Numbered from the stretch's first letter, positions 25,913-34,642 are shown. The stretch is DNA of 64,000 bases from an uncultured virus (IMG/VR IMGVR_UViG_3300042568_000085) (IMGVR_UViG_3300042568_000085), one strand, 5' to 3'. Translations and numbers: made by a program. Notes: generated from the letters alone by a model not told the origin.

Positions 25913-26281
25913 TCAGTCTTTCAAAAGTTCAATGGAGGGTTTTGCAGGTTTGCTCGTGATGTACTCAGCGGCCTGTGCGTAGGCTGCTGAATCCAGATCT
26001 TTTAAGGCACGCAGGTGCGTCAGGTCTATTTCGGCCTTCCAGCGGAAAGCACTTTGGGCGTTCTTACCCAGCGAGTCCCAGCCGGCTTGGACCTTGGCCG
26101 TGTCAACCGTGCGGTTGATCTTCCATGTGATCTTGACCTCCTCGTCGGTGTGGCTACCTTCACCGCCATCAGGCTTTGTGAACTGCTTTTCAATTAACTC
26201 TTCTAAACGCAGGCGGTCGGCCTTAGCGGTAGCTTCGGCCAGCTTGGCTTGGCGCAGTTGCGCAATCAATTCAGAAATCAT
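25913..26281 (-). CDS. Conserved hypothetical protein of the recombination module
   Basis: 122 aa; FRWKAEI...ITSKPAKPS. Confidence 0.7.
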   Translation of the reverse strand: MISELIAQLRQAKLAEATAKADRLRLEELIEKQFTKPDGGEGSHTDEEVKITWKINRTVDTAKVQAGWDSLGKNAQSAFRWKAEIDLTHLRALKDLDSAAYAQAAEYITSKPAKPSIELLKD

Positions 26282-26645
26282 TTTGGTCTTCCTTTATGTG
26301 TGCCAGTGCGGCGTCTTCAATTTCCTCGACCACGCTATCGCAGAGTAGGTGGGCAATGCTTTCACCCAAGTGGTAGGCGCTTTCGAGGGTCACACTCTCG
26401 GGGTAACCAGGCTCATCAGGTGAGCCTGCAAAAGCTGCCTCGTAATCAAGATGGCAAGTCAACTGAATGCCATTGGCGGCGTAGTCAAAAACCATGACGC
26501 CACGAGGGGCTGGAGGTGCTTTGGTTTGCTCGTCAAAGCACAGGTCAGCAAAGCGTACCAGTTCGTTAACGGTAAACACGGCAACAGCCAACTCGTCTTT
26601 GGCGGCTTGCTGGGCAAGCCTGATGATGGTGGTGTCGTCCATCAT
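26271..26645 (-). CDS. Hypothetical acidic protein
   Basis: ORF in the early leftward operon. Confidence 0.6.
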   Translation of the reverse strand: MMDDTTIIRLAQQAAKDELAVAVFTVNELVRFADLCFDEQTKAPPAPRGVMVFDYAANGIQLTCHLDYEAAFAGSPDEPGYPESVTLESAYHLGESIAHLLCDSVVEEIEDAALAHIKEDQNDF

Positions 26646-26785
26646 GCTGACAACCCATAGAACAGGCAAGCTGCCAAGCCAATGCCGATGATGCAGGCCA
26701 ATGCAATGCCATATGCAGCGTCTGCACGGCCATGCAGCTTGGCTGCTTTAACCTGGTAATGCTGGTGGTATTTGTGGTGTTTCAT
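26642..26785 (-). CDS. Small membrane peptide (MKHHKYHQHY...GIALACIIGIGLAACLFYGLSA)
   Basis: Hand translation; C-terminal hydrophobic helix. Confidence 0.55.
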   Translation of the reverse strand: MKHHKYHQHYQVKAAKLHGRADAAYGIALACIIGIGLAACLFYGLSA

Positions 26786-26825
26786 GGTTTGCTTTCAATG
26801 GCAGGGTGCCGTGGCCCCATTTGAT

Positions 26826-27014
26826 TTAGTTGTAAGACAAACCCTGGAATTCAAAACTATCAGCAAGATCTGGCGCAGCAGACTTACGAATGTTTATGGA
26901 AACGCAAGCAAAGCCATACCGCTCTGCCAGGTATTGTTTGCCGTCTGGCGTGTTAGCGACTACTGTGATTTCAGTAGCGTTGAAGTCTGCGGGAGAGAAA
27001 GTGAAATCGGTCAT
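26826..27014 (-). CDS. Hypothetical protein, first gene of the leftward operon
   Basis: Start MTDFTFSP with AGGAGG RBS. Confidence 0.6.
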   Translation of the reverse strand: MTDFTFSPADFNATEITVVANTPDGKQYLAERYGFACVSINIRKSAAPDLADSFEFQGLSYN

Positions 27015-27079
27015 GTGACCTCCTAAGTTATGGCCTTTCGGCGTGATGGTCAGTGAACTATTTCCCTGCCATGTGATGA

Positions 27080-27174
27080 ATTCTAGCGTAATGCTAGATC
27101 TTGTCAAGCCCCCTGCTAGAAAATATTTCATAGGTGTTTTCCCTAATGCGTTGTTGTTCAAGCAGTCTGCTAGA
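27080..27174. promoter_or_regulatory. Divergent promoter region with three TC(T/A)AGC-N5-GCTAGA operators
   Basis: Operators 27082-98, 27104-20, 27158-74; minus-strand TTGACA (27107-02), 16 bp spacer, TAGAAT (27085-80). Confidence 0.7.
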
Positions 27175-27185
27175 CTCACCAGCCT

Positions 27186-27401
27186 ATGAACACACAAATC
27201 ACACCAGACGAGCGCCGACAACTGGCAGAAAAAGTTGGCATCAATGAACAGTATCTCTACCAGTGCCTGACTGGGCGCAGAGAGATGTCAGCCTCTGAGG
27301 CTGTGAGAGTAGAGCAAGAGACCGGTGGCCGGTTAGGGCGCAAGATGGTGTGCCAAGGCAGTTGGCAGTCCATCTGGCCTGAACTGGTGGAGGCAACGTG
27401 A
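27186..27401 (+). CDS. Cro/YdaS-like HTH regulator
   Basis: RRQLAEKVGINEQYLYQCLTGRR...W..IWPEL. Confidence 0.85.
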   Translation: MNTQITPDERRQLAEKVGINEQYLYQCLTGRREMSASEAVRVEQETGGRLGRKMVCQGSWQSIWPELVEAT

Positions 27402-28120
27402 ATGAGTTGGCTCTTTTCGCAGGCGCTGGTGGAGGAATACTTGGCGGGAAACTTCTCGGATGGCGAACAGTCTGCGCCGTTGAATGGGAACCCTATCCAG
27501 CAAGCGTACTGTGCGCCCGACAAAATGACGGACTTCTCCCGCCTTTCCCGATTTGGGATGACGTACAAACCTTTGACGGAAAGCCGTGGCGAGGAATTGT
27601 TGACGTCGTTTCGGGCGGGTTTCCATGCCAAGATATCAGCGCACAAGGCAAGGGAGATGGCTTGGACGGAGAGCGATCAGGAATGTGGTCCCACATGGCA
27701 AGGGTGGTTGGCGAAGTACAACCACAATTTGTCTTTGTGGAAAACTCCCCAATGCTCACTTCTCGAGGAGGAACAAGAGTCGTTGGCGACCTTGCCCAAA
27801 TGGGGTATGACTGTAAATGGACTGTTGTGGGAGCAGCCGATGTTGGAGCCAATCACAGAAGAGACAGAATTTGGATTGTGGGCCACTCCAACAAGATGCG
27901 ATTACAAGGGGACCACGGGGACAGCAAATTTCCAATCAAGAAAAAGACAATTTCAGAATTTGACTGGTGGACTGGTGACTGGAACGATCTACCCCAACCC
28001 TACTACATACGAGGCAATGATGGGGTGGCCGCTAGGGTGGACAGACTTAAGGCCATTGGGAACGGACAAGTCCCACTGTGCGCAGCAACAGCATGGAAAT
28101 TACTCAGCGAAAGAATTTAA
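27398..28120 (+). CDS. DNA cytosine-C5 methyltransferase, catalytic (alpha) chain lacking TRD/motif IX
   Basis: Motifs I FAGAGG, IV GFPCQDIS, VI VENSP, VIII HRRDRIW, X RLKAIGNG. Confidence 0.9.
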   Translation: MNELALFAGAGGGILGGKLLGWRTVCAVEWEPYPASVLCARQNDGLLPPFPIWDDVQTFDGKPWRGIVDVVSGGFPCQDISAQGKGDGLDGERSGMWSHMARVVGEVQPQFVFVENSPMLTSRGGTRVVGDLAQMGYDCKWTVVGAADVGANHRRDRIWIVGHSNKMRLQGDHGDSKFPIKKKTISEFDWWTGDWNDLPQPYYIRGNDGVAARVDRLKAIGNGQVPLCAATAWKLLSERI

Positions 28121-28127
28121 TGACTAA
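27402..28127 (+). CDS. Overlapping +1-frame ORF, putative MTase beta chain (TRD + motif IX)
   Basis: 241 codons open; LWATPT..DYKG and PNPTTYEAMMGWPLGWTD motifs. Confidence 0.7.
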   Translation: MSWLFSQALVEEYLAGNFSDGEQSAPLNGNPIQQAYCAPDKMTDFSRLSRFGMTYKPLTESRGEELLTSFRAGFHAKISAHKAREMAWTESDQECGPTWQGWLAKYNHNLSLWKTPQCSLLEEEQESLATLPKWGMTVNGLLWEQPMLEPITEETEFGLWATPTRCDYKGTTGTANFQSRKRQFQNLTGGLVTGTIYPNPTTYEAMMGWPLGWTDLRPLGTDKSHCAQQQHGNYSAKEFND

Positions 28128-30165
28128 CTTATCAACCATCTTCCCCAATGGCTTTGCAGCAGCAACAGAGAGCCAAGACCTGATCAACCCTGAGGGTGCT
28201 TTTCGCGCTCACTGTGAGGCTAGTGGCCTGCTGATCAAAGACCTCATCGCTGACGGCGAGATCCACCGGGTGCCTCATGTGTCGAGCAAGAAGGGATCGC
28301 TTGACGGGTGGTACATCTTGCACACCAGTGGCAAGGTGCCAGTGGGCATTGCCGGCTGCTGGAAAGAGCCAACCTTTGAGGCTAAGTGGGTGGCTGACAT
28401 TGGCAGAACCATGAGTTTTACCGAGAGGTTTGAACATGACAAGTGGGTGGCTGATCTGAAGGCCAAGAAAGAGGCTGAGAGACTTGCCAGCCAAGCGGTG
28501 GCAGCAGAGCGTGCAGAGGATGAGGTCGGCACATATGCTGATGCAAGTGACGACCACCCCTACCTGGTGAGGAAACACATTCAGGCACATGGCATCAAGA
28601 TTGACAGGGCTGGCCGTCTGGTGGTGCCAGTGATCAATCAGTCTGGGGAGATATTGTCCTACCAGACCATTGACGCAGAAGGCAACAAGCGGTTCTTGAA
28701 GGGTGGCAAGATCGAGGGTGGTTTTTTTGAGTTGCGGGGTAACCGCAAGATAGTGTTCGTGGGTGAGGGTTTTGCCACTTGCGCCAGTATTCATGAGGCT
28801 ACGGGGTACACCGTCATGGTGGCGTTTGATTGTGGCAACTTGTCCAAGGTAGCCAAAGCAGCCAAGGAGATGTTCCCCGGCTCCAAGATTGTGATCGGCG
28901 CTGACAATGACCAGTTCACCGAGGGCAACCCTGGAGTGACCAAGGGCCGAGCAGCGGCAGCGATGGTGTTTGGCGAGATTGTGTATCCATCATTCGGGGA
29001 TGCTGACATGGTGGACAACAAGCCAACAGACTGGAATGACCTGCACTGCCTGCAAGGACTGGATGCCGTGAAAGAACAAATTGAGCGCGTGGCTGGGCCT
29101 GTGCGTGACAAGCTGGCGTTTGAGTTCACCAGAGCAGATTCCTTGCAACTGAGCGAGATTAAGTGGGTGGTCGATGACTACATCGAGGCTGACAGCTTGG
29201 CGCAGGTGTTCGGTGACCCAGGCGGGGGAAAGTCCTTTGTCTCAATTGACTTGGCCTGCTGCGTGGCAACCGGGCGTGATTGGCACGGTCACCAAGTTCA
29301 GCAAGGTGCAGTGTTCTACATCGCTGGCGAGGGACACAATGGTTTGGCTCGGCGCTTTAAGGGCTGGGAATTGGGCAATGGCACCACACTTGACGGCGCA
29401 CCGTTGTTTAAAAGCCACAGGGCAGCGCAACTGTATGACGCAACAGAGGCTGCTCTGGTGGCTGACTCCATCAAAACCTTGTCGGCCGAGTGCGGCCATG
29501 TGCCATCCATGATCGTCATCGACACCTTGGCTCGGAACATGGGCGGGGATGAGAACAGCACTCAGGACATGAACAGCTTCATCCAGCACTTGGACACTTA
29601 CTTGCGCCAAGATTACAAGTGCTGTGTGTTGGTTGTACACCACAGTGGCGCAATGGACAAGGACCGGTCACGGGGTAGCACAGCACTGAAGGGCGCATTG
29701 GATGCAGAGTACAAGTGCCAGTTGGACTCGGGAACCAAAACCATCCAGTTCGAGTCTAAGAAGATGAAGGACGCAGAAATGCCAGCGGCCAAGAACTTCC
29801 AGATCACCCAAGTGGATCTGCCCATCCTCGACAAGCACGGCAATGCGGTCAAGGGTGCATATCTCACCAGTGTGGACATCTCAGGGCTGGTCAGCAGCGT
29901 GCAAAAGCGGACGATCTTGCCGGGCAACCAGTTGATCGCATTGAACTGCCTTGTTGCTATCGAGGTCAAGAAGCAGGCTGATGGCTTGGACGGTATGGCC
30001 GTGTCAGCGAACTACGATGAGTGGCGGGAATCGGCCAAGAGCCACGGGCTGAACTCCAGAAGATTTAAGGAATCGGTTGAGGGTTTGACCAAAAAGGACA
30101 TGGTTAACGTGCGCAATGACGTGTACCGAACCGTACCGAAGGCACCAAATTCTGAGGCAATTTAA
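28120..30165 (+). CDS. Primase-helicase (Toprim + AAA_25/RepA-like)
   Basis: HPYL..K, EGFAT, ADND, DWND; GDPGGGKS, YIAGEG, VIDTLAR, HHSG, RGS.AL. Confidence 0.92.
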   Translation: MTNLSTIFPNGFAAATESQDLINPEGAFRAHCEASGLLIKDLIADGEIHRVPHVSSKKGSLDGWYILHTSGKVPVGIAGCWKEPTFEAKWVADIGRTMSFTERFEHDKWVADLKAKKEAERLASQAVAAERAEDEVGTYADASDDHPYLVRKHIQAHGIKIDRAGRLVVPVINQSGEILSYQTIDAEGNKRFLKGGKIEGGFFELRGNRKIVFVGEGFATCASIHEATGYTVMVAFDCGNLSKVAKAAKEMFPGSKIVIGADNDQFTEGNPGVTKGRAAAAMVFGEIVYPSFGDADMVDNKPTDWNDLHCLQGLDAVKEQIERVAGPVRDKLAFEFTRADSLQLSEIKWVVDDYIEADSLAQVFGDPGGGKSFVSIDLACCVATGRDWHGHQVQQGAVFYIAGEGHNGLARRFKGWELGNGTTLDGAPLFKSHRAAQLYDATEAALVADSIKTLSAECGHVPSMIVIDTLARNMGGDENSTQDMNSFIQHLDTYLRQDYKCCVLVVHHSGAMDKDRSRGSTALKGALDAEYKCQLDSGTKTIQFESKKMKDAEMPAAKNFQITQVDLPILDKHGNAVKGAYLTSVDISGLVSSVQKRTILPGNQLIALNCLVAIEVKKQADGLDGMAVSANYDEWRESAKSHGLNSRRFKESVEGLTKKDMVNVRNDVYRTVPKAPNSEAI

Positions 30166-30433
30166 GCAATGACCATGCCAGAAACAGCCAGAATTGATGT
30201 ACCGATGTACCGAAACGGCAATTATTTTGAGGGTGAAATGTACCGAACCGTACCGATCTGTACCGATTTCGGTTCGTTCGGTACAGTCCAAGTGTACCGA
30301 AACCATGTACCGATGTACCGAAACGTACCGAAACGTACCGATGCCCGACTTGCCCGTTGTACCGAAACGTACCGAAGGGGTATATATACCCCCTTCGGTT
30401 CGGTACACAAAGTCGGGTCAAAGTATCGGTACA
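30121..30433. repeat. Iteron array / putative replication origin
   Basis: 14 direct and 3 inverted GTACCGA copies, many 10 bp apart, plus the near-palindrome ACCGAAGGGGTATATATACCCCCTTCGGT (30371-30399). Confidence 0.8.
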
Positions 30434-30461
30434 TGGGGTTCGGGGTTTTTAAGGAGTTGGA

Positions 30462-30800
30462 ATGATTGAAGTGGAAATGGACATGAAGGTGGTCAGCATG
30501 GCGAACATGAGGATGCACTGGGCGGTGAAAGCGAGGTTGGTGAAGAGTCAGCGCCAGAAGGCGTTTAACGCGCTGGCGAGTGTTGCCGCACCTCCGGCCC
30601 CACCTTGCACGATTGTGCTCACCAGAGTGGCTCCTAGGGCCTTGGATGGGGATAATCTTCAGTCTGGATTCAAGGCTGTGCGTGATGGGGTGGCTGATTG
30701 GCTTGGCATTGATGATGGAAGCCAGTTGGTGGAATGGCAGTACAGGCAGCGCCCCGGCACTGTCAAGACTTACAAGGTTGAGATCGAGGTGATAGCATGA
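30462..30800 (+). CDS. RusA-like resolvase / endonuclease
   Basis: LDGDNL...KAVRDGVA..LGIDD. Confidence 0.75.
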   Translation: MIEVEMDMKVVSMANMRMHWAVKARLVKSQRQKAFNALASVAAPPAPPCTIVLTRVAPRALDGDNLQSGFKAVRDGVADWLGIDDGSQLVEWQYRQRPGTVKTYKVEIEVIA

Positions 30801-30831
30801 TGGCGTGTGCAAATGCAGTTGCCGCACTTTC

Positions 30832-30861
30832 GGGGAAAGCACCGCATTGGTGTGAGTACCC
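30832..30861 (+). ncRNA. Candidate cis RNA hairpin with loop-E (GAA/AGUA) motif upstream of terS
   Basis: GGG-GAA-A-GCACC-loop-GGTGT-G-AGTA-CCC; same architecture at 63841-63918. Confidence 0.45.
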
Positions 30862-30882
30862 TTATTTTTTAGGAGTCCACAA

Positions 30883-31398
30883 GTGACTGAAAACTTGGCG
30901 TCAGAAATGACAGTGAAGAATCGTCCAGGCAGGCCAACGCTGTATCCGATTGAGCACCCAATCTGGGCTGAGATATGCAAACAGATCTCAACTGGCAAAA
31001 GCATCACCAGCACCCTCAAGCAGCCTGGTATGCCCAGCTACCAATGCGCCATGCTCATGATTCGGAACAATGCAGAGTTCCGCGCCATGTACGAACGAGC
31101 AACCGAAAGCCGTGCCGATCGACTGGCTGAAGAGATCATCGAGTTGTCCGATGCAGAGATGCCAGCACACTTGGAAGGACCAATGGCGTCTGCTTGGGTT
31201 CAGCAAAAGCGTATGCAAGTGGACGCACGCAAGTGGGTAGCGTCAAAGCTGTACGCCAAACGATACGGCGATCGCATCGACGTTGCCGTGACCGACACCC
31301 GCATTAGCGTCATGGATGCGCTCAAAGAAGCAAAGCAGCGTGTGCTTAAAGATGAAAGCAACGTAGTGGATGTCGAGAGCAAAGCTGTTGATTCGTGA
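30883..31398 (+). CDS. terS: Terminase small subunit (Sf6/P22-like)
   Basis: GRPTLY, F..MYERA, DRLAEEII, VDARKWVASKL..KRYGDR. Confidence 0.88.
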   Translation: MTENLASEMTVKNRPGRPTLYPIEHPIWAEICKQISTGKSITSTLKQPGMPSYQCAMLMIRNNAEFRAMYERATESRADRLAEEIIELSDAEMPAHLEGPMASAWVQQKRMQVDARKWVASKLYAKRYGDRIDVAVTDTRISVMDALKEAKQRVLKDESNVVDVESKAVDS

Positions 31399-31545
31399 CA
31401 TTTGGTGAGGTAATCGCTGCTGGTTTGGCTGGATTAAATGTTGTTGATGGGAGGGTTATGCGCTTTCCGCATAGATTTTGTATCGTTACGCGCACGCGCC
31501 CAACCGGCTACGCATTAGGGTTAACCCTGACGCAAAAGCGTAGTC

Positions 31546-31573
31546 ACTTCCTACAACGTTCATTATGTAAAGT
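31546..31573 (+). other. dif-like (XerC/XerD) site
   Basis: ACTTCCTACAA-CGTTCA-TTATGTAAAGT: 11-6-11 layout, right arm close to the XerD arm TTATGTTAAAT. Confidence 0.6.
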
Positions 31574-31583
31574 CGATGCCAAA

Positions 31584-31672
31584 TTATCCACAGAAAAACT
31601 AGCACCGACTGCCTACATTCCTAGTTATTCACAAGCCGCTGTGGATAACTGTGGACAAAACCCTGTGCACAA
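31584..31672. promoter_or_regulatory. DnaA-box cluster
   Basis: TTATCCACA 31584, TTATTCACA 31625, TGTGGATAA 31640; one-mismatch boxes at 31650 and 31664. Confidence 0.7.
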
Positions 31673-31798
31673 CCCGTGGCTGGCCGTCCCGCCGGCGAGG
31701 GCGGGGGGGTAGGGCCGGCGGCGGAAGGTCACGGTGACGGTAGCCCCTCACACAATTTTTAATTTTTTGTTTTTTAAAAAATCAATTAACATCGCCCC

Positions 31799-33115
31799 AT
31801 GCCGATTTACCAAAACGCCCTCGCCCAGCGTCCAGCAAACATGCTGGCGTACCAAGACACGTTGAGTGCGACCCCACGCAACCAGGTGCTTGGGTACTTG
31901 GCTGATTTGGCGGCTGCGTCTTACGCACCGCAGCGCACGCAGCAGATGCAGGGCATGGCGCAGTTCTTGTCACTGCCAGCGGTGAGTCAGACATTGGATC
32001 GCTTGTCCTATGGCGAGCCACTGACAACTGGTAGAGGGATGACCACCCAGATTAGGCCAGAGGCTATTGAGGCGGCAATGGCCGTAGCACCACTGGCGCA
32101 ACCTGCCACGATGGCGACCTTGCAGGCAGCGAGGGCGGCAAGGCAAGCAGCTTTTGCGACTAGGGGTTTGCCAGTTGGTATGTCTACGCAAGCTGTTGGT
32201 GGGATGAATTTCTTGCGACCTGGCGTGGCAGCACCGCAAGAGGAAGCCTTGCGGCTGGCGCAGCAGCGTGCCGCGCTCCCACCATCTCAAGGCGGTCTGG
32301 GTTTGCCTGCAAACAATACGGCAGAGCAAAGGGCGGCAATTATGTTTCCTGATGAGGTGTTTCATGGAAGCAAAACACCTGAAAACATTAAGAAACTGGT
32401 CGCTGGCGGTGAATCTGGATCAATTCGGACTGGTGACGCTTATGGTACTGGCGTATATACGACAACAGATGCTGCTGGTGATGCCAGTGCTTATGGTGCT
32501 GGTGGCGCTGTTTTCCCATTAAGGATTAACAGATCTGGTCATTTACAAATTGATGCGCCAAATGCTGATGACTTGCAAAAGCTGAGTAAGTTTGCTGGTG
32601 AGTCAATGTTGCCGTCTGATAAAGCAAGGTTTACTGTTGGTCGGGAAAGGCGTGAATTTAAAGATGTGCAAGATGCCCGTGACTTCTTTGCTAACCAGCG
32701 TGAAAACTGGAATCAGTTTGGCGGTGGTTATGACAGAGCGCGTCCAGAAGCATTGGCAAACCCTGATGGCACTTTTGCTGTGGAATTTACCAATTTTGAT
32801 GCGCCGGTGCCAATTACCAGCGGCAAAGATGCCGATACTTTGTTAAGGGCCACTGGTTATGACAACGTGCAGTCTCTTGGATACACAGGTCACACTTTGG
32901 ATAGAGGAAATGGCAGGTTGTGGGATGTAACGGCAGACACTGACCAGTTGCGCTCCCGATTTGCCGCCTTTGACCCATTCCGCAGAACTGCCGCAATTGC
33001 CGCAACAATGGGTGTTGCCGCGCCGGATCTTTTGGCCGCAGAACAAGCCCAGCAAGACGCATACACACAAAACGAGATGCGTAAATTTATGCGTCAAGGT
33101 CGCCAGAACAAATAA
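31799..33115 (+). CDS. Putative ADP-ribosyltransferase-fold (ART-PolyVal-like) virion protein
   Basis: VFHGS...GTGVYTT...ASAY...VFPLRI...GYTG...QLRSRFAAFDP; low-complexity N-terminal half. Confidence 0.6.
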   Translation: MPIYQNALAQRPANMLAYQDTLSATPRNQVLGYLADLAAASYAPQRTQQMQGMAQFLSLPAVSQTLDRLSYGEPLTTGRGMTTQIRPEAIEAAMAVAPLAQPATMATLQAARAARQAAFATRGLPVGMSTQAVGGMNFLRPGVAAPQEEALRLAQQRAALPPSQGGLGLPANNTAEQRAAIMFPDEVFHGSKTPENIKKLVAGGESGSIRTGDAYGTGVYTTTDAAGDASAYGAGGAVFPLRINRSGHLQIDAPNADDLQKLSKFAGESMLPSDKARFTVGRERREFKDVQDARDFFANQRENWNQFGGGYDRARPEALANPDGTFAVEFTNFDAPVPITSGKDADTLLRATGYDNVQSLGYTGHTLDRGNGRLWDVTADTDQLRSRFAAFDPFRRTAAIAATMGVAAPDLLAAEQAQQDAYTQNEMRKFMRQGRQNK

Positions 33116-34642
33116 ATGCAAACCACCATCTACAAGCCCGAAGACGAACAAGAGTTGATGGCAACGCTGTGGACACCGGCGATTGCCGACGACCCTGAGG
33201 CTTTTGTCTTGTTTGCTTTTCCTTGGGGCCAGGAGAACACGCCACTGGCGAACTTCAAGGGTCCACGCAAGTGGCAACGCGAGGTGCTGCGTGAGATCAC
33301 CGAGCACATCAAGCGCCAGCAGGGCCGCATAGACTTTGAGACACTGCGTCATGCTGTGTCTTCTGGCCGAGGGATTGGCAAGTCTGCACTGGTGTCTTGG
33401 TTGACCATCTGGATGCTGTCCACCAGGATTGGCTCGACCACCATCATCTCGGCCAACTCAGAGTCTCAGCTTCGTGCGGTCACATGGGCCGAGATCACCA
33501 AGTGGTTGGCGATGAGTATTAACAGCCACTGGTTTGAGGTTGCAGCGACAAAGATCACGCCTGCCAACTGGCTCACTGATCTGGTGGAAAAGGATCTGAA
33601 AAAAGGCACACGCTACTGGGCTGTTGAGGGCCGGCTGTGGTCAGCCGAGAACCCAGATGCTTATGCTGGAGTTCACAACTTTGATGGTGTGATGGTGATC
33701 TTTGATGAGGCGTCCGGTATCGAGGACAGCATCTGGGCTGTGACGGCTGGTTTCTTTACCGAGAACACTCCCAACCGACTTTGGCTGGCGTTTTCTAACC
33801 CACGGCGAAACACGGGGTACTTCTACGAGACTTTTCACTCAAAGCGAGACTTCTGGAACACCAAGGTGGTGGACGCCAGGACGGTGGAAGGCACGGACAA
33901 GGCTGTGTACCAGAACATCATTGATGAGTACGGCCCTGACTCAAGCCAGGCTCACGTTGAGGTTTACGGGCAGTTTCCCAATGCTGGCGATGACCAGTTT
34001 ATTCCGTCAAACATTGTGGATGAGGCGATGAGCAGGGCCAAGTACAAGGACCAGACAGCGCCCATCATTGTGGGGGTTGACCCAGCACGCTTTGGCGCTG
34101 ATGCCACGGTGATTGCTGTGAGGCAAGGCAGGGATATTGTTCGCATTGACCGCCACCGTGGGGATGACACCATGACGGTGGTGGGCCACATCATTGAGGC
34201 CATCGAGGAGTTCAAGCCTGCCCTAGTTGTCATCGACGAGGGAGGTCTTGGCGCTGGCATTGTTGACCGGCTGAAAGAGCAACGCTACAAGATCAAGGGT
34301 GTCAACTTTGGCAACAAGAGTGCGAACCCCATCATGTATGGCAATAAGCGTGCTGAGATGTGGGGCAAGATGAAGGACTGGCTGAGATCTGCCAGTATTC
34401 CCAAAGACAGGTTCTTGAAGACTGATTTGGTTTCGCCTATGATCAAGCCAGATTCTAGGGGTACAATTTTCTTGGAGAGCAAGAAGGACATGAAAGCAAG
34501 AGGCCTTGCATCGCCTGATGCGGCAGATGCTATTTGTGTGACTTTTGCGTTTCCTGTGGCTCATAGAGAGTACACTGAGCAACCACTCACTAGGCGCAAC
34601 GCTCAAAACGGTGCTGCCCTTACTTCTTGGATGGGGTCATGA
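33116..34642 (+). CDS. terL: Terminase large subunit
   Basis: SGRGIGKS, IFDEASG, SNPRR, GVDPARFG.D, SPDAADA. Confidence 0.95.
   Translation: MQTTIYKPEDEQELMATLWTPAIADDPEAFVLFAFPWGQENTPLANFKGPRKWQREVLREITEHIKRQQGRIDFETLRHAVSSGRGIGKSALVSWLTIWMLSTRIGSTTIISANSESQLRAVTWAEITKWLAMSINSHWFEVAATKITPANWLTDLVEKDLKKGTRYWAVEGRLWSAENPDAYAGVHNFDGVMVIFDEASGIEDSIWAVTAGFFTENTPNRLWLAFSNPRRNTGYFYETFHSKRDFWNTKVVDARTVEGTDKAVYQNIIDEYGPDSSQAHVEVYGQFPNAGDDQFIPSNIVDEAMSRAKYKDQTAPIIVGVDPARFGADATVIAVRQGRDIVRIDRHRGDDTMTVVGHIIEAIEEFKPALVVIDEGGLGAGIVDRLKEQRYKIKGVNFGNKSANPIMYGNKRAEMWGKMKDWLRSASIPKDRFLKTDLVSPMIKPDSRGTIFLESKKDMKARGLASPDAADAICVTFAFPVAHREYTEQPLTRRNAQNGAALTSWMGS

Noticed and set aside
30104..30469. ORFs over the GTACCGA array, and a possible CRISPR array
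   Set aside because: Repeats are 7-10 bp with no unique spacers; the ORFs are repeat artefacts; an iteron origin fits better
31395..31712. 105-aa ORF after terS
   Set aside because: Overlies the dif/DnaA-box cluster and has no protein-like features
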